Below are positions 41,015 to 54,374 of a stretch of DNA of 64,000 nucleotides, piece after piece. The position numbers and the translations under genes were made by a program. How positions within the stretch are numbered: the first letter of the stretch is position 1; every line of letters starts with the position of its first letter. The DNA is taken from the NCBI GenBank assembly GCA_964016885.1, contig OZ024760.1, positions 10,230,001 to 10,294,000 of the forward strand. The letters are read 5' to 3'. This DNA is from Eledone cirrhosa. Lineage: Eukaryota. The notes under the pieces were generated by a model that saw only the letters and a list, made by a program, of their open reading frames with translations, had not been told where the DNA came from and searched no databases.

Positions 41015-41274
41015 ACAGCCATGAAGAGTACATTCCTTCTGTTTAGAAAAGCGAGAAACAATACAATAATACAAAGAGTAAGATATAAAGAGAGTTGCTT
41101 TTGTTTGAGGTTGTAGAAGAGTTTGGTGGATCAGTTGCTTCACTAGCAAACATTCTTATTATTCACAAACTTTTAGATTTTCAATGGACTTTTAAACAAT
41201 AAAACTTGATAAGTTTGTAAAACTGGCGCCAAACTGGCAGAGGTGTGTTTAATTGGAGATAAAGAGTGAAGTAT

Positions 41275-42060
41275 GGGAGGGGGTAGTGGAGGGAGGGGGG
41301 GTCTATGGTGGGGAGGTAGTGGAGGGAGGGGTCTGCGAAAGGGGGGTAGTGAGGTTGGGGGGGTCTGTGGTGGGGAGGTGCGTGGAGGACTGGGGAGTAG
41401 TGGAGGGAGGGGGTCTGTGGTGGGGAGGTGCGTGGAGGACTGTTCTCTGCTGCACAATAAATACTTCAATAGAACAACTTGGTGAAGTAATAATACTATA
41501 GTTGTGGTGGGGTAGTAGTGGTGGTGGTGGTGGTGATGGTGGTGGGGGGTATGGTGTGAGGAAGAGGGGGAGGGGTTGTGTGTGGAAGGAGAGGGGAGGG
41601 ATGGTGTGAAGAAGAGGAGGTGAGGGGTGTGGTGTGAGGAAGAGGAGGAGAGGAGTGTGGTGTGAGGAAGAGGAGGGGGAGGTGTGGTGTGAGGAAGAGG
41701 AGGGTGGTGAGAGGAGGGGAGGGGTGGGGTGTGAAGAAGAGGAGAGAAAGGGTGTGAGGAAGAGGAGGGGAGGTGTAGTGTGAGGAAGAGGTGGGGAGGT
41801 GTGGTGTGAGGAAGAGGAGGGGAGGGGTGTGAGGAAGGGGAGGTGTAGTGTGAGGAAGAGGCGGGGAGGGGTGGTGTTAGCAAGAGTAGGGGAGGGGTGG
41901 TGTGAGGAAGAGGGGTGGTGTAAGGAAGAGTAGGGGAGGGGTGGTGTGAGGAAGAGGGGTGGTGTAAGGAAGAGGCGGGGAGGGGTGGTGTGAGGAAGAG
42001 GCAGGGAGGGGTGGTGTGAGGAAGAGGCGGGGAGGGGTGGTGTGAGGAAGAGGTGGGGAG
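41275..42060. repeat. G-rich degenerate minisatellites (ggtgtgaggaagagg..ggggaggggt)
   Basis: Direct inspection; G-quadruplex-prone. Confidence 0.85.
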
Positions 42061-42560
42061 ACATGTTTGAGATACTGAAGAGGATCAAGTGAGAAAATTA
42101 AAACAATATTGTGGCAAGGATTTAATTAATTGTTTTAATCTTAATAGAGTTGACTAATTAATCTTTTTATTAATGGTAATCCTTTATATATACACACTGA
42201 TATAAACACATACATGCATATATACATGCATATATACACATGCACATATACATACATACATTTATATATATATATATATATATATATAAATATAATATAT
42301 ATATATATATATGTATGTATGTATATGTATACGCATTGACACATATATACACATATACATACATTCACACGTACATACATATATACATATATATACATAC
42401 ATACATACCTTACATACATACATATACACTTACCACACCATATGGTATGGTACTATTTTATAAAGTACATAGAGTGGTTGTGGCGGGGGGGTGACTGAAA
42501 ATCTGGGCCTGAAGTAAACAATACTTTGTTTCTAGGTTAATCAGACGTCGTGAGACACAG

Positions 42561-42642
<82 letters not shown>

Positions 42643-42644
<2 letters not shown>

Positions 42645-43578
42645 AGGCACATGGCTTAGTGGTTAGAGCATTGGCCTTGCAATCGAAAGGTTGTGAGTTC
42701 AATTCTCAGACCGGGTGATGTGTTGTGTCCTTGAGCAAGACACTTTATTTCACATTGCTCCAGTTTACTCAGCTGTAGAAATGAGATGATAGGGACTGGG
42801 GTCCCTATCATTCGACTGCAAAGTGGTCGTGGAGGAGCCACGGCAAAAAAGCACACAGCCCACACTGTAAAGTGGACGTGTAGGTGCCACGGCAAAAAAG
42901 CACCCAGCCCTCACTGTAAAGTGGTTGTGGAGGTGCCACGACAAAAAAGTACCCAGCCCACACTGTAAAGTGGTCGTCTAGGTCCCACGGCAAAAAAGTA
43001 CCCAGCCCACACTGTAAAGTGGACGTGGAGGTGCCACGGCAAAAAAGCACCCAGCCCACACTGTAAAGTGGACGTGTAGGTGCCACGGCAAAAAAGCACC
43101 CAGCCCTCACTGTAAAGTGGTTGTGGAGGTGCCACGGCAAAAAAGCACCCAGCCCACTCTGTAAAGTGGTTGTTGAGGTGCCACGGCAAAAAAGCACCCA
43201 GCCCACACTGTAAAGTGGACGTGTAGGTGCCACAGCAAAAAAGCACCCAGCCCACACTGTAAAGTGGTCGTGGAGGTGCCACGGCAAAAAAGCACCCAGC
43301 CCACACTGTAAAGTGGTCGTGGAGGTGCCACGGCAAAAAAGCACCCAGCCCACACTGTAAAGCGGACGTGTAGGTGCCACGGCAAAAAAGCACCCAGCCC
43401 ACACTGTAAAGTGGACGTGTAGGTGCCACTGCAAAAAAGCACCCAGCACTCACTGTAAATGAGGTTGGTGTTAGGAAGGGCATCCAGCTGTAGAAATCAA
43501 GCCAGAATCAGTTCCCGTCCCACCCTTGCAAGCAGGGAAAAAGTGGACGTAAAATGATAATGATGATGATGATGATGA
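42643..43578 (+). mobile_element. Full SINE2 with 49-bp internal unit expanded ~13 times
   Basis: Head ggaggcacatggcttagtggtt..gttcaattct; unit cacccagcccacactgtaaagtgg..gtgccacggcaaaaaag (42852, 42901 and onward); RTE-type tail. Confidence 0.93.
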
Positions 43579-43814
43579 TATATATTTCATTATAGAGATG
43601 ACTTCTACTGGACTAGAACTGTTTCATTTGTAAGAAATCATATATAAGGAGTAAGCAGGCAAAAGCTCTCTACGTACGTAGTATGTAGTTACGATGGAGT
43701 TTCAGTAAAAGAATAACATTTAAAAAGTTGCTGATATTACATAAAACATTTATTCATGAATTTATGTAATATCAGCATCTTTTTTAATGTTAACTGCAAA
43801 TATATATATATGTG

Positions 43815-44520
43815 TGGTGGTGGTGGTGTGGTGGTGGTGGTGGTACTGCAGTGGTGGTGGTGGTGGTGGTGGTGGTGGTGGTGGTGGTAGTGGTGGTGGT
43901 GGTAGTGGTGGTGGTGGTAATGTGGTGGTGGTAGTGGTAATGTGGTGGTGGTGATGGTGGTGGTGGTAGTGGTGGTGGTAATGGTGGTGGTGGTGGTGGT
44001 ACTGCAGTGGTGGTGGTAGTGGTGGTGGTGGTGGTACTGCAGTGGTGGTGGTGGTGGTACTTCAGTGGTGGTGGTGGTGGTGGTGGTACTGCAGTGGTGG
44101 TGATGGTGGTACTGCAGTGGTGGTGGTGGTGGTGGTGGTAGTGGTGGTGATGGTGGTACTGCAGTGGTGGTGGTGGTGGTACTGCAGTGGTGGTGGTGGT
44201 GGTACTGCAGTGGTGGTGGTGGTGGTACTGCAGTGGTGGTGGTGGTGGTAGTGGTGGTGGTGGTACTGCAGTGGTGGTGGTGGTGGTACTTCAGTGGTGG
44301 TGGTGGTGGTGGTGGTAGTGGTGGTGATGGTGGTACTGCAGTGGTGGTTGTACTGCAGTGGTGGTGGTGGTGGTACTGCAGTGGTGGTGGTGGTGGTAGT
44401 GGTGGTGGTAGTGGTAGTGGTGGTGGTGGTACTGCAGTGGTGGTGGTGGTGGTAGTGGTGGTGGTAGTGGTAGTGGTGGTGGTGGTACTGCAGTGGTGGT
44501 GGTGGTGGTGGTGGTGGTGG
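43815..44520. repeat. (GGT)n tract punctuated by palindromic ACTGCAGT
   Basis: Direct inspection. Confidence 0.95.
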
Positions 44521-44654
44521 AAGGTCACATGCTGAACACAATTACTTATTTTTGATCAGATGTATCAATCGACTCTTTATTTCTTCCACACTCATTGCAA
44601 TTGTCTTCTTCTTCTTCTTCTTCTTCTTCTTCTTCTTCTTCTTCTTCTTTTTTG

Positions 44655-45295
44655 GTGTTTTTTATCATGACACAAGCACTACCACATTACAGAGTGTACT
44701 GGGTGTATTTTATCATGACACAAGCACTACCACATTACAGAGTGTACTGGGTGTATTTTATCATGACACAAGCACTACCACATTACAGAGTGTACTGGGT
44801 GTATTTTATCATGACACCAGTACTACCACTTTACAGAGTGTACTGGGTGTATTTTATCATGACACCAGTACTACCACTTTACAGAGTGTACTGGGTGTAT
44901 TTTATCATGACACAAGCACTACTACATTACAGAGTGTACTGGGTGTATTTTATCATGACACCAGTACTACCACTTTACAGAGTGTACTGGGTGTATTTTA
45001 TCATGACACCAGTACTACCACTTTACAGAGTGTACTGGGTGTATTTTATCATGACACAAGCACTACTACATTACAGAGTGTACTGGGTGTATTTTATCAT
45101 GACACCAGTACTACCACTTTACAGAGTGTACTGGGTGTATTTTATCATGACACCAACACTACCACTTTACAGAGTGTACTGGGTGTATTTTATCATGACA
45201 CACAGTACTACCACATTACAGAGTGTACTGGGTGTATTTTATCATGACACCCGTACAACCACTTTACAGAGTGTACTGGGTGTATTTTGTCATGG
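44655..45295 (-). repeat. 48-bp minisatellite related to the SINE2 internal unit, ~13 copies
   Basis: Unit gtattttatcatgacaccagtactaccactttacagagtgtactgggt. Confidence 0.93.
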
Positions 45296-45428
45296 TAACA
45301 GTCATGATAAGACAGATGTAGGTATGTAGTAGCTTGATCAGCGACAGCTAGCTGTTTTCTATATATAGACATCAATAGTTAAATATAGACAAATATCAAA
45401 CATTCGTCCATTGATTGATTGGGTTCAC

Positions 45429-45635
45429 TGCTGTTGTTGTTGTTGTTGTTGCTGTTGCTGTTGTTGTTGTTGCTGCTGTTGTTGTTGCTGTTGTTGTTCT
45501 TGTTAGTGTTGCTGTTGTTGTTGTTGTTGCTGTTGCTGTTGTTGTTGTTGCTGTTGTTGCTGTTGCTGCTGTTGTTGTTGTTGCTGTTGTTGTTGCTGTT
45601 GTTGTTCTTGTTAGTGTTGCTGTTGTTGTTGCTGT

Positions 45636-45679
<44 letters not shown>

Positions 45680-46284
45680 TTGTTGTTCTTGTTAGTGTTG
45701 CTGTTGTTGTTGTTGTTGTTGCTGTTGCTGCTGTTGTTGTTGTTGCTGTTGCTGTTGTTGCTGTTGTTGCTGTTGCTGTTGTTGTTGTTGTTGCTGTTGC
45801 TGCTGTTGTTGTTGTTGCTGTTGCTGTTGTTGTTGTTGCTGTTGTTGCTGTTGCTGTTGTTATTGTTGTTGCTGTTGTTGTTGTTGTTGTTGCTGTTGCT
45901 GTTGTTGCTGTTGTTGCTGTTGTTGTTGGTGTTGGTGTTGTTGCTGTTGTTGTTGCTGTTGCTGTTGTTGCTGTTGTTGTTGTTGCTGTTGTTATTGTTG
46001 TTGTTGTTGCTGTTGTTATTGTTGCTGTTGTTGCTGTTGTTATTGTTGCTGTTGTTATTGTTGTTGTTGCTGTTGTTGCTGTTGTTGCTGCTGTTGTTGT
46101 TGCTGTTGCTGTTGTTGCTGCTGTTGCTGTTGTTGCTGTTGTTGTTGCTGTTGCTGTTGTTGCTGTTGTTGTTGTTGTTGTTGTTGCTGTTGTTGTTGCT
46201 GTTGCTGTTGTTGCTGTTGTTGTTGTTTTCATTGTCTTCACCACGACCACCATCATCACCATCACCATCATCAACATCCCCACC

Positions 46285-46360
<76 letters not shown>

Positions 46361-46390
46361 ACGTCATCACCATCATCATCATCACCACAG
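45429..46390. repeat. ~800 bp compound (GTT/GCT)n followed by (CAT)n
   Basis: Direct inspection. Confidence 0.97.
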
Positions 46391-46837
46391 CCTCCACCAC
46401 CAATAACCAGCAGGTGACCCCAGAGGTAGACCACGAGAAATATGGGGTTGGTTAACATCGATGAGCTCCGCTGGTCTTAGGGACCCAACCTGATGAAAGG
46501 GAGATGTTAACTTCCGACAGGCCCCTCATGAAGGCGTGCCTGAGGACTCTGCCTCCACTTGTGTTGGGCCAATACATTGAATTATTAGTTATGGCTCTTT
46601 GTATGCCTATGGAATGCTCAGTCACTTGTATGGACAACATGCTTTGCAACATAGAGTTATGTCCCTTTATGTTCTGAGTTCAAGTCTAAGCAAGGTTAGC
46701 TTTGCATTTCATCCTCACAGGGTCAATAAAATAAAGAACCAGTAATATACTGGGATCGATTTAATGCACTGTCCCGTCCCCTAAAATTGTTAACCTTACC
46801 CTAAATCAGAAACCATTATTAACATGACAAAAGGGCT

Positions 46838-47438
46838 GTGGATTGGCAGTATCGGGAGAGGGTCGGGTGCCATGCTAGGGCGATGGATTGGCAGTATCGG
46901 TAGAGGGTCGGGTGCCATGCTAGGGCAGTGGATTGGCAGTATCGGTAGAGGGTCGGGTGCCATGCTAGGGCAGTGGATTGGCAGTATCGGTGGAGGGTCG
47001 GGTGCCATGCTAGGGCGATGGATTAGCAGTGTCGGTAGAGGGTCGGGTGCCATGCTAGGGCAGTGGATTGGCAGTATTGGTAGAGGGTCGGGTGCCATGC
47101 TAGGGTGGTGGATTGGCAGTATTGGTAGAGGGTCGGGTGCCATGCTAGGGTGGTGGATTGGCAGTATTGGTAGAGGGTCGGGTGCCATGCTAGGGCGATG
47201 GATTAGCAGTGTCGGTAGAGGGTCGGGTGCCATGCTAGGGCAGTGGATTGGCAGTATTGGTGGAGGGTCGGGTGCCATGCTAGGGCAGTGGATTGGCAGT
47301 ATCGGTGGAGGGTTGGGTGCCATGCTAGGGCTGTGGATTGGCAGTGTCGGTAGAGGGTCGGGTGCCATGCTAGGGCAGTGGATTGGCAGTATTGGTAGAG
47401 GGTCGGGTGCCATGCTAGGGTGGTGGATTGGCAGTATC
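46838..47438 (+). repeat. 45-bp minisatellite from the SINE1 head, ~13 copies
   Basis: Unit tggattggcagtatcggtagagggtcgggtgccatgctagggcag matches 15640-15677. Confidence 0.93.
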
Positions 47439-48192
47439 AGGAGAGTGGTGGTGGTGGCGGTGGTGGTATGGTGGTGATATGGTGGTGGTATGGTGGTGGT
47501 GGTATGGTGGTGGTGGTGGTGGTATGGTGGTGATATGGTGGTGGTGGTGGTGGTATGGTGGTGGTATGGTGGTGGTATGGTGGTGGTATGGTGGTGATGA
47601 TGGTAAGAAGACAGATGAGTATTAGAAATCCATTTGGTTGAATGATTAAGCCAAGTGAGCTAGTCAGTTATTTTAGAGGCTGTCTTACATCTTGATATAC
47701 AGAAATATATTGACAATCTCTCATCTCTCTCTCTCCCTTACTCTTTCTCTCTCTCTCACTCCCTCACTCTTTCTCTTTCTCGCTCTCTCACTCCCTCACT
47801 CTTTCTCTCTCTCTCCCACCCCCTCACTCTTTCTCGCTCTCTCACTCCCTCACTCTTTCTCTCTCTCTCTCTCACCCCCTCACTCTTTCTCTCTCTTGCT
47901 CTCTCACTCCCTTACTCTTTCTATATATCTATCTGTGTTCTGTGTTTCCTAGTTTCTTACAATGACAGAACATAATTTCCCCCAAATATGGAATCACCTC
48001 AGTACAGATTGCTATATGAATTGGTTGCAGAACAATTATAAATATATATATATATATATACATGCATATATACATACATATATATACATATACACACACA
48101 CACACACATATATATATATAATTGGATACTTAGTAAAATCGAATCTCTGGCGGTGTGCAAGCAAATTCGGCCTACTATATGAATGAACGAGT

Positions 48193-48264
<72 letters not shown>

Positions 48265-48270
<6 letters not shown>

Positions 48271-48610
48271 GTGAGGTTTTTTACAAAGTGAAAAAAAAAA
48301 CGAGGTGTCCTACACGAGTGAAAGTATAAGGAAAAAAGATGAAATCGAAAATGCAACTGGAGTATTTTTTTTAAAAATATATTTATTTGGTTCCTTTATT
48401 GGTTTCGCAGTTCTTCTGCTTTTCAAAAGTAGAATTGAGATGGAGGGTCTGTGGTTTTTCTCACAGATATGAGAAAAACCACAGACCCTCCATCTCAATT
48501 CTACTTTTGAAAAGTAGAAGAACTGCGAAACCGGTAAAGGAACCAAATAAATATATATTTAAAAAAAAAAAGACTCCAGTTGCATTTTCGATTTCATCTT
48601 TTTTTCCTTA
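48265..48610. mobile_element. Family C fold-back with two U3-A8 hammerheads (48393-48429 minus, 48504-48540 plus)
   Basis: Centre ctca-cagata-tgag at ~48466; both arms read TTGAAAA-g(c/t)ag aagaa ctgc-GAAA; flanked by (TA)n. Confidence 0.8.
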
Positions 48611-48620
48611 TATATATATA

Positions 48621-48845
48621 TAACGAAGGAAATGTGGTAAGGAACCAGATGGACCATAACGCACCAAAGTACTCAATACTTAGGGTAGTAGAGTGGGTGA
48701 TAGGAACGAGTAGGACCCCGACGGCTGAGCTCAAGCCGTTTCGACGGCTAATTCTGAACTAGTCCAGAATTAGTCCAGAATTAGTAGTCCAGAATTAGCC
48801 GTAGAAACGGCTTGAGCTCAGCCGTCGGGGTCCTACTCGTTCCTA
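48621..48845 (-). mobile_element. Family D fold-back with stuttered centre
   Basis: tagtccagaat occurs three times at the turn (48760-48797). Confidence 0.85.
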
Positions 48846-48892
48846 TATATATATGGTGGTACAAATATGTATATGTGTGTATGTATATATAT

Positions 48893-49117
48893 CATCATCA
48901 TCATCATCATTTCATTTTACGTCCGCTTTTTCCCTGCTTGCAAGGGTGGGACGGGAACTGATTCTGGCTTGATTTCTACAGCTGGATGCCCTTCCTAACA
49001 CCAACCTCATTTACAGTGTGGGCTGTGTGCTTTTTTGCCGTGGCACCTCCACGACCACTTTGCAGTGGAATGATAGGGACCCCAGTCCCTATCATCTCAT
49101 TTCTACAGCTGAGTAAA
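48893..49117 (-). mobile_element. SINE2, 5'-truncated
   Basis: Reverse complement of the SINE2 body and tail. Confidence 0.88.
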
Positions 49118-49423
49118 CATATATATATACATACACACATATACATATTTGTACCACCAGCAGATATTCACTGAATTACATACACTATATATATAGAGCG
49201 AGATAAATAGATTGGGAGTTTCCAGTTAGACTAGTAGGACCATGTTCAGCTACGTACTTGATACTTGGGCAAGTAGAGTCTATGTATCGTAAATAATGTC
49301 TAATGGCTGATGTCTGGCATTAACTATTTAATATATATATATCATCATTATCATCATCATCATCATCGTTTAACGTCCATATTCCATGCTACTGTACCGA
49401 TTGTGTTGTTATTTCTGTTTACC

Positions 49424-49468
<45 letters not shown>

Positions 49469-49476
49469 TATATATA

Positions 49477-49820
49477 GAGGCACATGGCTTAGTGGTTAGA
49501 GCATTGGTCTTGCAATCGAAAGGTTGTGAGTTCAATTCTCAGACTGGGTGATGTGTTGTTTCCTTGAGCAAGACACTTTATTTCACATTGCCCCAGTTTA
49601 CTCAGCTGTAGAAATGAGATGATAGGGACTGGGGTCCCTACCATTCCACTGTAAAGTGGTCGTGGAGGTGCCACGGTAAAAAAGCACCCAGCACTCACTG
49701 TAAATGAGGTTGGTGTTAGGAAGGGCATCCAGCTGTAGAAATCAAGCCAGAATCAGTTCCCGTCCCACCCTTGCAAGCAGGGAAAAAGCGGACGTAAAAT
49801 GATGATGATGATGATGATGA
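49477..49820 (+). mobile_element. Full-length SINE2 (tRNA head, Meta-like core, RTE-derived tail)
   Basis: A and B boxes, tccttgagcaagacacttt core, tail cccacccttgcaagcagggaaaaagcggacgtaaaa(tga)n. Confidence 0.9.
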
Positions 49821-49878
49821 TTTATCCTTATCAAACCCTCTTTGGATTTTAGTGTTCAAATTTATTATTATTACTATT

Positions 49879-49930
<52 letters not shown>

Positions 49931-49934
<4 letters not shown>

Positions 49935-50293
49935 AACCAGTAAGACCCCGACAGCTGAGCTCAAGCCGTTTCGACGGCTCAGCTGTCGGGGTCTTACTGG
50001 TTCCTATTACCCACTCTACTACCTCAAGTATTGAGTACTTTGGTGCGTTATGGTCCACCTGGTTCCTTACCACATTTCCTTCGTTATATATATATATATA
50101 TATGTCAGAATGGATGTAGTAAAAACTAGTTAGACCATTACTCGCCAGAATACTTGATGCTTGGTGTAGTAGAGTGGGTCATATGAAACATTTGAGACCC
50201 CGACGGCTGAGCTCTTGCCGTTTAAACAGCTAGATCCAAACTAGAGTTCGGATCTAGCTGTTTAAATGACAGGAGCTCAGCTGTTGGGGTCCC
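49931..50293. mobile_element. Two family D fold-back copies (49931-50085, 50105-50293)
   Basis: gaccccgac..gtcggggtc inverted arms, separated by (TA)n. Confidence 0.8.
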
Positions 50294-50333
<40 letters not shown>

Positions 50334-50367
50334 AGTGAATGTAAGACTTGTTTACATTCTTCTCCAG

Positions 50368-50828
50368 ATAAGTCACATGTTTACCAACCAGTTCCAGTTG
50401 CCGGATACAGGATACAGGATACAGGATACAATAGACGCCAGTGGTGCTGGTTGCACAACGAGGTGTGCAATAATGCACCAAACACATATAATGACAGCTG
50501 CATCTTTATTGATGATGCAATCAGCAGACTAATGGAGAATAGAGAGAACAATGAAGAGTTGTCATACAGAAACACTGCCAACAACAACACTAACGACACC
50601 AGCACCAACAACAGCAACACTAACGACACCAGCACCAACAACAACAACACTAACAACACCAGCACCAACAACAACACCAGCACCACCAATAGCAACAACA
50701 AAACCACCACCACCACCATCAACAACACCACCACCACCAACATCAACACCAACACCACCACCACCAACACCAACACCAACACCAACACCACCACCACCAC
50801 CAACAGTGTTTGGAGCTGGTGTATATGA
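50368..50828 (+). CDS. Candidate terminal coding exon, unknown N/T-rich protein
   Basis: Acceptor tttacattcttctccag; open frame KSHVYQPVPVAGY..RQWCWLHNEVCNN..IDDAISRLME, then N/T repeat, then SVWSWCI*. Confidence 0.3.
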
Positions 50829-50879
50829 CACTCACTCAACCTACATTATACATTTGTCATTGTGCCAGTATAAATATTA

Positions 50880-51410
50880 TATCATCATCATCCATTTTTC
50901 CATGCTGGCATGGCTTAGACGAGTTGTCCTGTTGTGGGCAATGCTAGGTCAGATGACCATGTCTTGCTCATACAGAACTGATTTTGGCTTCATTTCTACA
51001 GCTGGATGCCCTTCCTAATGTCAACCATATTTACAGTGTGTACTGGGTGCTTTTTGTCGTGACACCTACATGACCACTTTACAGTTCGGGTTGGGTGCTT
51101 TTTGTTGTGACACTTACACGACCATTTTGCAGTATGAACTGGGTACTTTTTGTCGTAACACCTACACGATTACTTTACAGTATGAACTGGGTACTTTTTG
51201 TCGTGACACTTACACGACGACTTTGCAGTGTGGACTGGGTGCATTTTGTCATGACACCTACATGACCAGTTTACAGTGTGGACTAGGTGCTTTTTGTTGT
51301 GACACCTACACGACCCCTTTACAGTGTGGACTGAGTGCTTTTTGTCATTACACCTACACGACCACTTTACAGTGATGACTGGGTACTTTTTTGTTGTGAC
51401 ACCTTCACAA
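50880..51410 (-). mobile_element. SINE2-related tail with ~8 diverged 48-bp units
   Basis: Repeats of gacacctacacgaccactttacagtgtggactgggtgcttttt. Confidence 0.8.
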
Positions 51411-51463
51411 CCATTATATATAAAATTATATTTAGGAAAAGTATACAAGATAAGAAAAAATCT

Positions 51464-51533
51464 TTTTACCTATTTCCGTTGATGTGCCGACTACAGTTTT
51501 GAGAACTGTAAGGTGTCTCAGCTCTTCAGAGAA
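51464..51533 (-). ncRNA. Degenerate hammerhead
   Basis: ttct-CTGAAGA-..ttacagtt/aactgtag..-GAAA-tagg-TA-aaaa; stems I and III are weak. Confidence 0.4.
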
Positions 51534-51817
51534 CTTCTCAATTAAGAAAGAATCTTCTGAGTTATCTGCTTCCAATGATAATTTCGAATGGAAGAATTAT
51601 CACATGATAAATGGTCAACAGAAGGGCAGTGGTAGGTGGACAATGGCAAGTAACAGGACTGCTAGGAAAAGCAGTCAGATCCAACCAAATTTTATACTCG
51701 ACCATTAGGGAGTAATTAACAAATTTATTAAAGATATATATATATATTTATACGTGGGAAGTTGTGTTGGATATTGCTTCAACTGTGCCCCATAGCCAAA
51801 AATCACACGGATTCATG

Positions 51818-52293
51818 GAGGCACATGGCTTAGTGGTTAGAGCATTGGCCTTGCAATCAAAAGGTTGTGAGTTCAATTCTCAGACCGGGTGATGTGTTGT
51901 TTCCTTGAGAAAGACACTTTATTTCACATTGCTCCAGTTTACTCAGCTGTAGAAATGAGATGATAGGGACTGGGGTCCCTATCATTCCACTGCAAAGTGG
52001 TCGTGGAGGTGTCACAGCAAAAAAGCACCCAGCCCACACTGTAAAGTGGACGTGTAGGCGCCACGGAAAAAAGCACCCAGCACTCACTGTAAAGTGGTCG
52101 TGGAGGTGCCACGGCAAAAAAGCACCCAGCCCACACTGTAAAGTGAACGTGTAGGCGCCACGGAAAAAAGCACCCAGCACTCACTGTAAATGAGGTTGGT
52201 GTTAGGAAGGGCATCCAGCTGTAGAAATCAAGCCAGAATCAGTTCCCGTCCCACCCTTGCAAGCAGGGAAAAGCGGACGTAAAATGATGATGA
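51818..52293 (+). mobile_element. Full SINE2 with about 4 internal 49-bp units
   Basis: Same structure as 42643-43578. Confidence 0.9.
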
Positions 52294-52299
52294 TTCAAA

Positions 52300-53644
52300 T
52301 CTGACAAACTACAGGGGCAGATATCTTTAGGGGCAAACATGAGCAATGCCTTCTTTAAAAATTCTTGCAATCTTTCGAAGAATGGGCAGGCGCGGAGTCC
52401 CGTATAAACATGACTCGACTTGCATCGTAATGCTTCCTAATCCAAGGCAACAAAACTTTTTCCAAGATTTTGAGATAATCTGCTGCGTTGATGTTAAGAC
52501 TGCTTAAATAAAATGAGGAGGCATCAATTTGCCATCACTTGCAACAGCTCCATAGACTATAATAGAGGCCAGATTCTTGCTATGTGTAGCTGAAGGAACT
52601 CGGGGAGGGTCGAATGCTATCACTCATGGGTTTTGAAGGTTTGCAACCTTGTCTACCATGAACTCTTTTCCTCCATCAAGATGCAGACGTCTCTGCAGTT
52701 ATCTGAAACATCATTGCAGAGACGTTTGCATCTTGATGGAGGAAAAGAGTTCATGGTAGACAAGGTTGCAAACCTTCAAAACCCATAAGTGATAGCATTC
52801 GACCCTCCCCGAATTCCTTCAGCTACACATAGCAAGAATCTGGCCTCCATTATAGTCTATGGAGCTGTTGCAAGTGATGGCAAATTGATGCCTCCTCATT
52901 TTACTGAAGCAGTCTTAACATCAACGCAGCAGATTATCTCAAAATCTTGGAAAAAGTTTTGTTGCCTTGGATTAGGAAGCATTACGATGCAAGTCGAGTC
53001 ATGTTTATACGGGAGTCCGCGCCTGCCCATTCTTCGAAAGAGTGCAAGAATTTTTAAAGAAAGAATATCTCAAAATCTTGGAAAAAGTTTTGTTTCAGAT
53101 AACTAAGAAGTTTGGGACTTCTTTCAGCTCGAATGGCTTTGGAGCGGGTAGTTAGGATGTTACACTGTCTTCTCACATACGATTTCATATGGGGTTTTGT
53201 CTCACAACTCTAGAAATTATCATTTTACTGATTCTTCGATCTTGAGCTAACTTTGCCATCAATTTTGATGGGTTTGGCTCAATTGATCTTCTAAGTCCAG
53301 CTAAGAAGCGAGGTGTGCATTTTCAGTCACGGCGAGGGCTGTGAGGCTTTCTCTGAACATCATCACTTTTCTTCAAATTAGCTACAACTCTAAAAACAGT
53401 AGATCTGGCATACTTTGTCTCTCTAACAATCTCCCGAGCACTTTTGCCAACATGGAATAATTCAGCATTTATACTTCTTTGGTTTAATTCTTTATCAACA
53501 TTCATAATTTGTTCAATTGGAAATAAAAGAATAGTACAAGTTATTAATGAAGTTGGTAATATTTAAAATTTAGAATCCCCCAAAATCTATATAATTAGAA
53601 ATACACCCATTTGAAAGTTGTCCCAATTTACCTGTTACACCCTG
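52300..53644 (-). mobile_element. Decayed Tc1/mariner transposon (maT/DD37D-like) with inverted internal duplication
   Basis: Terminus CAGGGTGTAACAGGTAAATTGGGACAAC at 53644; HTH ..SAREIVRETKYARSTVFRVV; catalytic region ASIIVYGAVASDGKLMPPHF..LKILEKVLLPWIR..SAPAHSS. Confidence 0.85.
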
Positions 53645-54374
53645 TGTATATATATATATATATATATCGCTCACTCTGATTGATGGACAAGAACCCAGAT
53701 CTTATTTGCTTGCCAAGTGGGGTGGAGCTCATCAAATCGGACCAAGGAGACAATGTTTCCATTGGTCTTTTCATTGCTATCTACCAGTCGCAACTCCTAG
53801 CAGATAGAATAACATGAAATAAAGTGTCTTGCTTAAAGACACAACGCATCACCTGGTCCAAGAATTGAACTCACAATGTCACGATTGCTAATCCAACTCT
53901 CTAACCACTAAGCCATGTGAGGGAGAGAGAGAGCGAGAGAGAGAGATGCAGATATGTTTCTTTTATTTGCCACCAGGGCATCAAAAAGTGGGACAAGTAC
54001 AAAGGGGGGAGTTTACACAAAAAGGCGAGTAAAGAAAACAAATAACAAATATAAAATTAACAATAAAGTCCTCAATAGGGAGGGGGCGTTTGGGGGGTCG
54101 CACACCCCCCCCGAAAAAAGTGTGCAACCCCTTCTCCTCAGGAGTACAGAGAGAGGGTGCTCCCTCGTTCCTTCCTCTTTTCCACCTACAGAGAGAGATG
54201 TAGATAGATACATAGATAGATATATAAAGATAAATATGTTACTGTAGAAAAGCATATAATTAAAGTACCAGTAATGTACTGGGGTTGATTTAATTGACTT
54301 TCCCCTCCCCTTCAAATTGCTAGCCTTGAGCCTATAGTAGAAACAATTATTATTATTATTATTATTACCTCTTT

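Noticed and set aside
42808-45329. Repetitive ORFs of 190-263 aa
   Set aside because: Derived from SINE2 units and (GGT)n tracts.
45379-46458. Poly-N/T/V/L ORFs
   Set aside because: Triplet microsatellite open in several frames, with no unique domain.
46395-46560. Apparent exon after ccagcag
   Set aside because: RGRPREIW..DRPLMKACLRTLP matches the RTE 3' fragment at 39750-39840.
46796-47477. Gly-rich or Pro-rich repeat proteins
   Set aside because: Translation of a 45-bp SINE-head minisatellite.
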